This document shows, one piece after another, positions 23,727 to 35,464 of a stretch of DNA of 64,000 bases. The position numbers were made by a program, and so were the translations under genes. The DNA is from Takakia lepidozioides (Eukaryota; Plantae; Bryophyta): NCBI GenBank assembly GCA_030704615.1, contig CM060731.1, forward strand, positions 44,020,001 through 44,084,000, given 5' to 3'. Each line of letters begins with the position of its first letter. Position 1 is the stretch's first letter. A model generated the notes under the pieces. That model was not told where the DNA came from, ran no database searches, and saw only the letters and a program-made list of their open reading frames with translations.

Positions 23727-24243
23727 GGGCTGGGGCCATAGTGTAAAGCTGTTGGGCCCAATTTTCAGGCGTCCGCCAATGGGAACGCTCCACTTGGTCT
23801 TGGGCTTGTGCCCTAGTGCCGCTTACTCGCTACGTAGACTCGATTTTTGAGACAAAAATAAATAAAATTTTGCAAAGTTTTGCATTTTCCAGCTACTCCT
23901 TTGCCTGCTCAGTATGGCGTATTTGGAGGAGGATTAAAAAGCAGAATTCTACGCCTAATGCCACTCGCACATTATGCCATTTGCACTAGCACATTATGAA
24001 ACATAATGTGTTTGATTAAGACTTGCAAGCCAATGAGAGGGCGGGAGACGCAATCCTTTACGTTATGGAATGGGCCACGACATGCCATTATGGCGGTTTC
24101 GGCGGCAGCTTGCCCTCCCGCTCGGCATGTTGCGGCCCATTCCATAGTACGTTACGCCTACACGGCCTTCCTGGAGGTTATTTTTTCCTCCGCGGTGTTC
24201 TTGCTCCTTTTGGTTAATAAAATTCTCCAGCCTGTTATTACAA

Positions 24244-24266
24244 AATAATAATAATAATAATAATAA
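24244..24266. repeat. (AAT)n microsatellite
   Basis: Directly visible. Confidence 0.9.
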
Positions 24267-25690
24267 CTGGCCGCTGGAACGCAGACGAGGCGACCCGGTA
24301 TGTGAAGAGTCCTTGGGTTTCGCCAACCTAATGTAAAAAATAGCGGGGCGGGGACTATCCCTAGCTCTGCCCAGCTCACGCGGTTTTGACCAAACCTGGC
24401 GAAACCTCCGGACTGACTCGCCACCTTCCGCGCAACGCGACAGTTAGGTGGTGCGTAGCCGTCCGACCGTTAAAATGATTTAGTGACTTGGGATCTGTAA
24501 GTTAGTGAGAGGCTTGGTGGAAGGTGGCGGGGATTAGAAGAGTGATTAGTGAGTGCGTGGCCCACGTCTTTGTGTCACGTCGTCGTTGAGCTGCGGAGAG
24601 TTTCCTCGCAGCGATTTCTGTTTGCAGAGCAATTGGAATGGGAGATCATCGTGTTGTTCAGAGATCAAAGCATGTTGGAGGAGCAGTTGCGTGAATGATT
24701 TGGTTGCTGGCAGACGAGGGGATCCAACTGGGAGAGATGGAAGGAGTTGATTTCAAACATTTTCATGTGAGATGAATCACTTGTCATACATACGCGGTGT
24801 TGTGGCATTCAGATTGCTTGCTTGGTGATGACCTAAATGGAGCGTGAATTTGAAATTTGAGCTTCGACAGTGGCTATGTTTCGGACAGATTTCTTCCTTC
24901 CTCGTATTGGGTAGTTTGGGTTAGGTGTGAATTGCAATCGAGAAGTTTTCTGGCATGGCGTTGGTGGAGATTCAATTGTGCACCTGGGTCTCTCTATAGT
25001 TGATGAGGAGTACATCCATTCATGGTTGGAACACTGGCAGCAGACAGGAGGTGCTGCATTGAAATTGAGTTCCCCTGTGCAGTGAAAAATATGGGAGTGA
25101 GGAGTACATAAATGGCGTGTCCATGAGTTCTTATGAGAGGGATAATGCTGATGCTGCGAGCGACGAGATCATAGAAATTCTATAATAGTTCAAGCCGATC
25201 CTTTTACTGGAGAGATAGTGCAGGACTTCCATGATGAGGACTTACATACTCGAGTGAAAAAAATTCCAATTGGTTCACGCCTCATTCTGCCCGACCATCG
25301 ATACATCTGTCATACCTGTTCATAGAGTTAAATTGGGACACATACGCATGTTCAGCATTCATGTTAGTTGCGAGGATTGCGAGTGACTATTTTCGGAACT
25401 CGTGGAATCTGCAAGGGCTTGCCTTCAAAGGAGGAATCGATTTGCAAGGACGAGGAAGATACAACCTGACATCACAACTAGAGGCCAACTCAATTGCTGA
25501 GCTTGATGTTCACAGTTCGAAGGGAAATTAAGGGAGAAGGAAAAGTGTGATCTTTACCCCCGAGCAATCCTGGGAAATGCAGTAGAGGCAAACCTGGCTT
25601 GGTTTAGAGGGGCTGCATTTCCAGGTTTTGAAGGTCCAAGAGGATCACGATTTTGGGTTCAAAGTTTGGCCGGGTTTTCTCGCAAAGAGG

Positions 25691-28184
25691 ATGAAGTGGG
25701 AGGGATTTGCATACGCCGCAGCGGCAGCAGTTGGGCACAGCTGCATTGATGCAAGTAGAAAACTGGCTTCCCAAAGATTTACTTCTTTAGAGCTGGTGGG
25801 TCTTGTGGGTTTCATGGATGCCATTATCCTCTCCTCGGTTGTCTTTGGCGCAGGATTGTTCAATTCGCATGCAATGCTACAAATGGAAGACGCTGATCTT
25901 TTCGCAGGAATTTTGTTGGGCAGTGCAGGCATCAAAGTGCTAGTCAATTTTATGTACCAACGAGCCTTGCATGTCTCTCCCCTCTCAGTTACAGTCCCCT
26001 ATCTCGCGTTCACACCTGTGCTACTCGTCTTCACAGGCTACATGATTATGCGAGAGACCCCAAGCTCGCAGGGTTTGCTAGGGGTGGTTGTGGTCACTAT
26101 GGGAGGCTATTTACTGGCTATCGAAAAGACTGAAGAGGCTGATTTGAAAAAAGTAAAAGGACTGAAGCCACCGCCCCGCTCAGAGAATTTACTGGCCTCT
26201 GTCATTCCAAGATCAGCAGCGCCTGCTTCTAAAGCAAGCGAGAGGATATCCTGGCAGGGTGGGCTGGAAGTGGCAGGCAATGGTGAAGAGAGCGAGCAAA
26301 TGCTAGTAATCGTCGATGAAGATGAAGCAGCTCTCAAGAGTACACTTCCATTGGTTGTGAACAAGGCAGCCTCTCGGCACCTTTCTTATTGGTAAGCATT
26401 GTTTTCTAGCTTTCGTATCAGATAATCCAAGCCAATGTTTTGATAGTGATCATCATGGTATGTCATAGAAGCTGTCTAGCTTCCACAATTTTTGTGGCAC
26501 GCAGTACTCTACCTCAGTCAAGGCATTGCAATTCATGAACTGGGCATCAGGTTGAGCGTTGGACACATATTGGATCCATTGATGGCGTTGAAAAGAGAAG
26601 AGGGTAGTCTCCTCATGCTTGGGGTTGCAGGACTGCTCAGCATAAGCAACAGGTAAGAACCCCCAAGAGAATTCCTTGTTTCTTGTGTTTTCTGTCACTC
26701 CATTTTGTTATTCAACACTCCTACATCAGATTTTGTGTTTGTGGTGGAAAACCAGCTTGTGATGGTTTGACAGTATGCTCTTGGGGGTTTTGGGGCCAGG
26801 AGAGAGCTCCCCTGTACAAAACTGCTTATAAATCTTGCTACTTTATAGGAGCCCCTGCCTTGCAACTCGAGGCCTGAAAAGTGTGGGTTTGGGGGGGCTG
26901 GGTTGGGGGTGCAGCGTTGACAAACTAGGAGCACATATGGCACCATCCTTCATTGTCTTTGCAGCATTGCAACGCGTTGTGATGGCGATCCCTGTGGTCC
27001 TGTATCTGGCCTTCACCAGGTGTGTCCCACTTTCTTTCACAGACACACACACAGTTCTAATACAGCTTTGCGTGAAATTGAACATTCCAGAACCCCGTAG
27101 ATCTCAGAAGGATTGTCCTTGTGCTCATCCTAATGTACAGATCAGCTAGTTTCTCAAATTAGCAATTGCTAGATAAGAAGTATTTTGTGATGTTTTTCCT
27201 ATAGCCATACTTACCAAAGAATTGAAACTTTTGTTTGGATACAGTGTCACCCCTTCTGGCAACTTACCTGTTGCTCTGGGGTGTGGGACAGCCCTATGTC
27301 ATTCATGCATTTGTTTCGCCACTTTCCAACCATGCTGGCGATCTCTATTTTTGAGTGTGTGGCCATTGCCTGCTACTTGAAAAGCTTGGAGACTTTGCTG
27401 GTCGCTTACTCCATAGCTGTGAGTGTTTCTGTCTATTTCACCTAGCGTTTGCTACGCAATGCATCCATCATTCAGACTTTTCTTTGCACAAGTCTGTCCG
27501 CTGTTAATAAATGAGCATAGAAAGTCTAATCTCGAATTTGTGGCCAAACCTTCATGCAAGGTTATAGTTGCCAATCTGTACAACATCTGCAAGAGCTATG
27601 CCGCTAGAGTTCTTCCCAGTTGATTGTTACCAACTTTGTTTCTTATTTGATAAATCTTACCCGTATCAGGTCCAGTCTGGTAAACAGTTTAAGATTTTGG
27701 CATGATAAACAATGCACAATACAGTAAGAACTGTAACAAATCTGACCACTAACCTAGGTGGACTTCACCGGGGTGGATGCCTTTGCAAGAAACCCTTCTC
27801 TGGTCTGTGACCTTCAAAGGATTCGTTTTCCAATTGTTGCTGACAGAAAGCTTCCATTTCTTGCTGTCAGGCAAAGCGCAGCAATGTATTGCTATCAGTG
27901 ATCATTGGACATGTGATTTTTAAGGTCAGTCTTTTCTCTCAATATCACTTCAATTAATTGGTTGTCAACCTTATTATTCTAAGAATCTTTTGCTCATGAG
28001 ATTGAGTTTATCACTTGGCAGAATTGTCTTTGGCCCGGAAGGCACAGTACTGCTGAAGTTGTGGACAGATGTTATACTAAGATCTTGGAGGTTCTCTGTT
28101 GTGTTGACTCAGGAGAGAATCTGGAAAAGGCTGCCCTACGTGTTGTTGATGCTGGTTGGGATGGTACTCATCCTCTTTGCTTAG
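25691..28184 (+). CDS. EamA/DMT-superfamily membrane transporter, 6 exons
   Basis: Exons 25691-26391, 26551-26652, 26915-27019, 27292-27418, 27871-27924 and 28113-28184 splice in frame at GT/AG. Hydrophobic helices, ALHVSPLSVTVPYLAFTPV..MRETPS and AKRSNVLLSVIIGHVIFKE motifs. Confidence 0.85.
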
Positions 28185-29614
28185 AAGTACGCTCTGAAGG
28201 TAGCCCAGTTGTTAGGGCATTGTGACCATACTGAAGGTGATCCTGGATGCAACCACACAACAGAATCTCCGTGTTGGAGGTCATTAGGTCATCCACATCG
28301 TCACACAGGCAGGCACAGGTGAGGGCCGTTGCCTTGCCAGACTCGAGTACCGACGGACTACCCAATCGCTTGTGGAAACATGGGGCAACAATTGTCGTGG
28401 TCACGATGTATGTGGCTGAAGAAGGTGCCCCCCTAACAGAGTTTCTGATAAGTCCAGGAGGCACCAGAAGTTACCCTGGCTTGAGCTGCCAGCTTAATGG
28501 CACCACCTAATGAGGCTGGCACTTCATGGCTCTAACTAGAACATTCGACTGTATCCCAGTAAGAATCTGGGTGATGCAGGCCCCAGTTTCCCTACTCACT
28601 GGAAGCTGGGTTCTAATTACATTCTCAGATTGGACAGACATAGTAGGAGGGGAGAAGCAGAAGCTAATCATGGAAGGTTGATATTACCCTCCAAAAGGAT
28701 CTGCATCACGACCCCTTCTGTATTCTTGAGAGTCCAGGAATAGCCTATTGCTCCTATAATGTCGCCAAGATGACATTGCTTTGAGGCTCCCTCTCTCACC
28801 AGAAACTTTCTAACAGGAGGCCGTAACTGAGCCAACAATTTTGCTGCCTTCCACCCAAAGTTTGGGAGAATTCTTTCCTTCAACATTTGCAATAAACCTC
28901 CCGATTATCATGAGAGAGAGAATCTAGCACTGGTTGGAAAAAGGGCGTTCAGTGTGGTAGATGATGATCATTCAAGACAGAAAGGAACAATGTTTGTCGT
29001 ATACTTGTCTACCAGGGCGACCTATGCAGCCTTCGCCTCTCTTCCAAACTCATCACCCGCAAGGTTTCCAGAGAACATGAAACTGAGTTATAAAACTCAG
29101 TGCCAAGAATCCATGTGTTGTTCTACCTCGATTGGATATCCTCCTTGCAGAAAAGACGATGAATATGATTTATGAAACCCACCGTGGGAACTAGAAAAGA
29201 AACGCAGAGTGCATCGTCTCCTCCTTCACAAACGAATCCCCAATCCCAACACACACAAAGGAACCCCTCATGAAGGTGGGACGGTAATGGTAAATATAGC
29301 CTTATTCGCAGTATATGTGCTTCCGTGTAGTAACATGTATTTATTTAGTATGGCTTACGAGATGGCTTCTCTTTTCTGTCCCCAGTTATATTATAGATTT
29401 GAGTGAGAGGTCTCTGGTTGAGATTTGAAGGTGGCTAGATGCATGAGCTGCAAGGAGGAAATGAAATGACTAAAGAAGGCTTCATCAGGCTACAAGATTA
29501 TGAAGCTGGAGGATGAGATGGCGGTCTTCCGACTCACCGCTTGGAAACTTGACATGCAATTAGCGAAAAGAGGATCAATGTAAAACAGAGAGAGTTAAGT
29601 AGAGTTGTGAGAGA

Positions 29615-30130
29615 GAAATGAAATGAAATGAAATGGTACTTTATAACGTCCGCGGAAAGCTCATAGAGCTTATGGAAATGGAAACATGAGAGAGCAGAAA
29701 CCACAATTAATGTTCTAGCGAATGTCGAAGGGTGAAGGCCTCGTGCAGGTAGGCTGCCAAGCATTTTTTATCCTCATAGTGGAAGACATCAGTGAGAGTT
29801 TGGGTTCCACTGAATAAACAGTGGAATCTCCCACGGATCTCGTAGTATAGAGGGCAGTAGAAGAAGTGTGCTTCAGTTTCGATTTCCTGGCTGCGCCCTA
29901 TGCAAGCTGGACATAGGCGGTCCTCCCCTTGCAGGTTTTCCCATCTGCCAGTCTCTATCCGTAGGTTGTGGGAACCCACCCTGAACCGCCCCAATGCCCT
30001 AAGGAGGGAAGGAGATAAGGATGCTGAAAGGTAATTTGGTCTCAAGATTCTATTGTCGCGGAGCACCAAGAATGTCTCTCGATAGAAGTGGAGCTTTGTT
30101 GTGAGATTGGGTAGCTTCCAAGTTCTCTGG
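29615..30130 (-). mobile_element. 5'-truncated LINE (RTE/RTEX-like): ORF2 C-terminal Zn-binding region, 3' UTR and (CATTT)n tail
   Basis: [16 protein letters not shown]...RLCPAC...ETEAHFFYCPLY; (GAAAT)n tail at ~29616-29635. Confidence 0.85.
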
Positions 30131-30139
30131 AGAGAGAGA

Positions 30140-30345
30140 GATGAAATGACATGAAATGGTGCTTTATAACGTCCGCGGAAAGCTCATAGAGCTTATGGGA
30201 CAAAATGGAAGAAAACATGAGAGAGGAACAAATCCAGAACCCAAGAAGAAGAACTAATGTTCTAGCGATTGTCTAAGGCCTCGTGCAGGTAGGCTGCTAA
30301 GCATTTTTTATCCTCATAGTGGAAGACATCAGTGAGAGTTTGGAA
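30140..30345 (-). mobile_element. Second short LINE 3' copy immediately upstream of the PPR gene
   Basis: Same tail, 3' UTR and ORF end; bounded by (GA)n on both sides. Confidence 0.8.
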
Positions 30346-30675
30346 AGAGAGAGAGAGGGCGTGGTTGATGCCAAATCACTATCTGGCGCTTCGAAATCTG
30401 AGACTGAACAGAAGAATAAAGACGGGGTTCCAACCGAGAAGGTTCTCCAAATCATCTCTCAGGAGCTTCGTGACCATGTGAGATCGAATAATACTCTTCA
30501 GCAGTGGCACGAGGGGTCTCAAGCTCATGTGGAAACTCCAAGACGCCCGCAGTAGGTGGCTGCAATAGTTTTGTGAGCCAGTTGACATGTAGAGGCAAGC
30601 TTGTCCTTATGGAAATATCCTTCACTGGAGTATTGGCCACCTTCGGCATATTGCCAAGAGCTCGAGTCATGCAGG

Positions 30676-33516
30676 ATGGCAGGGGTGAGTCAGGCACAGA
30701 TATTTGTTGCACATCAGAACCGTGACAGGGGTAGCAGTACCCCCGCTTTTCAGAGAGGACCAAGAGAGGGAGGCAGCAACGACTCTTCTGGCATTTGTGG
30801 GGACGTGAAGAAACTCTGTAAGACAGAACAACTTAAAGAAGCGCTTCACATTCTGAACCAACCTTGCATTCGGGCGGACTCGGATACATATGCCTGTGTC
30901 TTGCGTGTATGCATAAAAAAGAAAGAGCTAGCAGCTGGAAAGCAGGTGCACGCCCACATAATCCGAAGTGGAGTCCAGCCAAGCACCACTCTACTCAACA
31001 CCCTTGTCAACATGTATTCGAAGTGTGGAAGTGTGGTGGATGCACGCCAAGTATTTGACAAAATGCAAGCACGAGATGTATTGACATGGAACACTATGAT
31101 AGCAGGATATTCCAAGCATGGGTGTGGAAGGGATGCTTTCACGATCTATGAGCAAATGCAGTCCGAGGGGATGATGCCCAACAGGATCACTTTCATTTGC
31201 CTTCTCGCTGTGTGCGCAAGGCTAAGAGCACTGCGAAAGGGCAAAGAGTTCCATGCTGACATTATCAAAGCTGGAATTGCAGCAGATATCATTCTGGACA
31301 CGGCCCTTTCTGACATGTATGCCAAATGTGGGAGCATGGTGGATGCTCGCTTAGTCTTCGACAATATGGCAAAACGAAATGTGGTCTCATGGAATGCAAT
31401 GATCACAGGGTATACTCAGCATGGGTGTGGTAGGGAGGCTTTCGAGATCTATGAGCAAATGCAACGTGAAGGGGTGACGCCCAGCAGGGTCACATTCATT
31501 TGTACTCTCACTGCATGCGCCCGCTTAGGAGACCTGGACAAGGGCAAGGAGGTCCACTGCGACATTGTAAAAGCTGGAATTGCGCCAGATATCATTATGG
31601 AGACAGCCCTTGCTGACATGTATGCCAAATGCGGGAATGTGAAAGAGGCACGTCGAGTGTTCAACAGTATGGCTAAACGGAATGTGGTTTCATGGAACGC
31701 AATGATCACAGGATACGCTCAGCAGGGGTATGGGAGGGAGGCTTTAGAGATCTATGAGGAATTGCTACGAGAAGGGGTGATGCCCAACAAGGTCACTTTC
31801 ATTTGCGTTCTAAATGCGTGTGCGAGCATAGGAGCTCTCCAGAAGGGAAAAGAGGTACATGTTGACATCATCAAAGCTGGAACTGTGTCGTACACTAATT
31901 TGGAAAACACCCTTGCCGACATGTATGCCAAATGTGGGAGCATGAAGGATGCACGTCAAGTTTTCGATAATATGGCTCAACGAGATGTGGTTTCATGGAG
32001 TGTGATGATTACAGGATATGCCCAGAATGGGTGTGGTAGGGAGGCTTTTGAGATCTATGAGCAAATGCAACGGGAAGGGGTGAGACCCGACCGGGTCACA
32101 TTCAGTTCTGTCTTAAAAGTGTGTGGCAGCCTTGGAGCCCTGGATAAGGGCAGAGAGGTCCATGCTGATATGATAAAAGCTGGAATTGTGTCCGATATCA
32201 TTCTGGAGACTGCCCTGGCTGACATGTATGCCAAATGTGGGAGCATGAAGGATGCACGTCAAGTGTTCGACAATATGGGTGAACGAACTGTGGTCTCGTG
32301 GAATGCCATGATCACAGGTAATGCTCAGCATGGGTGTGGTAGGGAGGCTTTTGAGATCTATGAGCAAATGCAAGAGGAAGGGGTGATGCCCAACAGGGTC
32401 ACGTTCATTTGCATTCTAAATGCATGTGCTAGTGTAGGTGCCCTGGAGAAGGGGAAACAGGTTCATTCTGACATCATCAAAGCTGGAATTGTGTTGGATA
32501 TAAATTTGGAAAATACCCTTGCTGACATGTATGCTAAATGTGGGAGTGTGAAGGATGCACGTCAAGTGTTCGACAACATGGCTAAGCGAGATGTGGTCTC
32601 ATGGTGTGTTATGATCACAGGATATGCTCAACATGGGTGTGGCAGGGAGGCCTTACAGATATTTCAACAAATGCAACATGAAGGCTTGAAGCCGGATGGG
32701 ATTACCTTCATATGTCTTCTCTCTGCATGTAGCCATGGAGGCCTAGTGGAGGAAGGCCTTCACTACTTTGATTCCATGAGTCGAGATCATGGCCTCACTC
32801 CTACCTTGGAGCATTTTGGCTGCATGGTGGACCTTCTTGGCCGTGCAGGGCGATTGGCTGAGGCAGAGGACCTCATTAACAAAATGCCGATCGAACCAGG
32901 TGCCTTGGTGTGGCTGGCCTTGCTTGGTGCCTGCAGAATTCATGAAGAGGTACAGCTAGCAGAACGAGCAGCCAAAAACATTCTGAAGAGAGATCCACAG
33001 CATGCTGGAGCTTATGTGCTGCTATCCAACATTTATACAGCGGCTGGCAGGTGGGAAGAGAAAACAAAGGTGAGAAAAATGATGGAGTACAGAGATGTGA
33101 AAAAGGAGCCAGGGTGGAGCTGCATTGAGGTCTACAACCAGGTTCATACATTTGTCGTAGACGACAAAATACATCCTCAGATTGAAGAAATCCATGCTGA
33201 GCTGAACAGATTGTCTGGGCAAATGAAGGAGGCTGGGTATGTGCCGGTCACACGTTTTATATGGCATGATGTGGAGGAAGAGCAAAAGGAAATTTCTCTT
33301 TGCCACCATAGCGAGAAGCTGGCAATCGCCTTCGGGCTCATCAGCACCCCTCCTAGGACACCTATCCGGGTGATCAAGAACCTTAGGGTGTGTGGTGATT
33401 GCCATACTGCCACCAAGTTCATCTCTAAGATTGTTGGGCGAGCAGTTGTTGTGCGGGATGCCAGTCGCTTTCACCACTTCCAAGATGGGATTTGTTCTTG
33501 TGGGGATTACTGGTGA
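30676..33516 (+). CDS. PLS-class PPR protein with E1/E2 and DYW cytidine deaminase domain (organellar C-to-U editing factor)
   Basis: About 20 PPR motifs in 101-aa P-L-S triplets, PG box KKEPGWS, HHSEKLA (HxE), CGDCH (CxxC) and terminal CSCGDYW. First in-frame ATG is at 30676; the true start is uncertain. Confidence 0.95.
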   Translation: MAGVSQAQIFVAHQNRDRGSSTPAFQRGPREGGSNDSSGICGDVKKLCKTEQLKEALHILNQPCIRADSDTYACVLRVCIKKKELAAGKQVHAHIIRSGVQPSTTLLNTLVNMYSKCGSVVDARQVFDKMQARDVLTWNTMIAGYSKHGCGRDAFTIYEQMQSEGMMPNRITFICLLAVCARLRALRKGKEFHADIIKAGIAADIILDTALSDMYAKCGSMVDARLVFDNMAKRNVVSWNAMITGYTQHGCGREAFEIYEQMQREGVTPSRVTFICTLTACARLGDLDKGKEVHCDIVKAGIAPDIIMETALADMYAKCGNVKEARRVFNSMAKRNVVSWNAMITGYAQQGYGREALEIYEELLREGVMPNKVTFICVLNACASIGALQKGKEVHVDIIKAGTVSYTNLENTLADMYAKCGSMKDARQVFDNMAQRDVVSWSVMITGYAQNGCGREAFEIYEQMQREGVRPDRVTFSSVLKVCGSLGALDKGREVHADMIKAGIVSDIILETALADMYAKCGSMKDARQVFDNMGERTVVSWNAMITGNAQHGCGREAFEIYEQMQEEGVMPNRVTFICILNACASVGALEKGKQVHSDIIKAGIVLDINLENTLADMYAKCGSVKDARQVFDNMAKRDVVSWCVMITGYAQHGCGREALQIFQQMQHEGLKPDGITFICLLSACSHGGLVEEGLHYFDSMSRDHGLTPTLEHFGCMVDLLGRAGRLAEAEDLINKMPIEPGALVWLALLGACRIHEEVQLAERAAKNILKRDPQHAGAYVLLSNIYTAAGRWEEKTKVRKMMEYRDVKKEPGWSCIEVYNQVHTFVVDDKIHPQIEEIHAELNRLSGQMKEAGYVPVTRFIWHDVEEEQKEISLCHHSEKLAIAFGLISTPPRTPIRVIKNLRVCGDCHTATKFISKIVGRAVVVRDASRFHHFQDGICSCGDYW

Positions 33517-34251
33517 AAACAAGTAAGAATGAATCGAAGGGTTTCTGCTTCAAATGTGAGGGTAGAAAGGCCATAGTTTATCCCTTTTTGTAAAGCAATT
33601 AGGATGATTCTTCATAGCTTGGCGGGGTACCATCCCCTTACACAACCCATGCCTATGCATACCACAACAATGACCCTCCAAGGTGAAGAACAAGGATTGT
33701 GTAGACATGCAGTTTATGCGACAGTGCAGTCTACCAGAGAGATACGTTGCTTTGTCTCAAGTTGTTGCCGGAGACCAAGATCATCAGCTTGAAGAGATTT
33801 GAAACTGTCACGAATGAATTTCTCACATTATTGGGAGAGTGGAGAAGAGAATCCAATGTTTAATCTGGGGATGGCTTGAGCAGACCGAAGATTACTGGTT
33901 TTGAGGAATCACCTTTTGCCAAGCATGTCAACCTTGCAAAGAACTCAATAGTAATGGATGGCACTTGGAATGAGCTTTACAAGGTTGAAACTTGTAAGTT
34001 CTTGCTTACAGGTTTCGGATTTCAGACTCATTGAAGACAGTAAGAGTTCTCTTACAACCTTCACCCTACAGAAAGAATGTACCCATAAGACGTGTAGACC
34101 CATGGTTGGCAATGGTGAACCCTCAGATTACCTTTCTTCCACAGTAGAGGCAGAACTCTGCAGGATGATAGATGGTCTCAGACCATCAGACCATTGTTAT
34201 TGGTCGAGGGACCACGAAAGGGTTCCCTGTGGTTGAACCAATTCTTGGACC

Positions 34252-34357
34252 CTACATACTTTGTAGAAGACAAATTGCATCCAAATTGAGGAAATACATG
34301 CTGAACTGAAGAGAGGCAGGACATGTGCGTAACACATGCTTTGTATTCCATGATGTA
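34252..34357 (+). pseudogene. Degenerate fragment of the N-terminal part of a DYW domain
   Basis: CATACTTTGTAGAAGACAAATTGCATCCAAATTGAGGAAATACATGCTGAACTGAAGAG...TTCCATGATGT parallels 33145-33272 of the intact gene, with indels. Confidence 0.7.
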
Positions 34358-35464
34358 TGCCCAAGTGACACAATTTCAGTGGTCCTGTTTGCGATTTGAA
34401 CTTCCTACAACCATAATTTCCCAGATGATACAGAGATGGCTCTCATGAAATCCTATAAATAGCACAAAGCAATGGCTGCAGTTGGTATAAATGGCAGTAC
34501 TTTCTACCAAACTCTGTGGGGGAATCTCTGGCAATTAGTGATCGACAATGCCAGATGAAGAAGGATGCAAGCTGCTCCTTCCTTCGATTCACTTGGGCAT
34601 GTTCCAAAATCCAAACAAATAAATAAGGAGTCCCAATTCTAGGTCCTAATTTTGATGCACTCTACAAGAGAAGTACTTGTGGACTCTCTCGTGGACAGCT
34701 TTCAGAACATGTGTTCAAAGTGGAGGTACCTGATTCAAACAATGGTGCCTGAGGCAATCGTGCTGTATACTTGGCTGGGGGCTCCAGCTGTGTCACAATC
34801 AGTGCAGAATTGTGTTTGACCTTGTATAACAGCTGCTATGTCTGTTGTCACCCAAGAAGGGTGCATCCAATACAGCCCGGCTATCATAGTTCCCTTGTGG
34901 CTCTCTCTGGGAAAGTGGGACGGCCGCCCATGAATCGCTCTATATGGTAGCAATGTGGAAAGGGACAAGCAGGTCATAGATTGGCAACAGCACCGCTTCA
35001 TTCTTCTGACTAACCTGCACCAGACCCGGGGTACTGTGACTTGAGGAAGTCAGAAAGACAAAACGTTTCTACTTCTTCAATTTTCCACAAGGACAGCCAG
35101 AAAGAAGACGTTAGAAGATCAACTACACAAGATCTGAATTCAAAAAACATTACATCCAACATCCTTGTGGAGCTGAAGGGATTAGTAAGCAGTTCCTGCC
35201 AACAGTAGGTTGGGGTAATTGAGTGAAGGATACCAAAACGGAGCAAGCATGAAATGAGGGAAAAACCTAAGTCACTCTTGAGTCTTAGTTTCCTGATCAT
35301 GAGCTACCTCAACGTTTCGATAGGCCACAATGTCCCCCGTCGCTCTAACGGAGCCCTGAGCAACTCCACTCCCCAGCCCTCCTGCTGCCAGTCTTCTGGC
35401 AGTCTCTTGGTTCTTCTGCCAGGCTAACTCTGCTTGATGCTCGTGCACAATGAGGAGGACGACT

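Noticed and set aside
28668-28892. Possible retroelement RT fragment
   Set aside because: No recognisable catalytic motif; cannot be supported without a search
31146-32373. Repeated antisense ORFs spaced 303 nt apart
   Set aside because: Shadows of the PLS triplet periodicity on the opposite strand
33030-33516. U-to-C type (DYW:KP/GRP) deaminase variant
   Set aside because: The PG box, HSE, CGDC and DYW terminus are canonical for C-to-U editing
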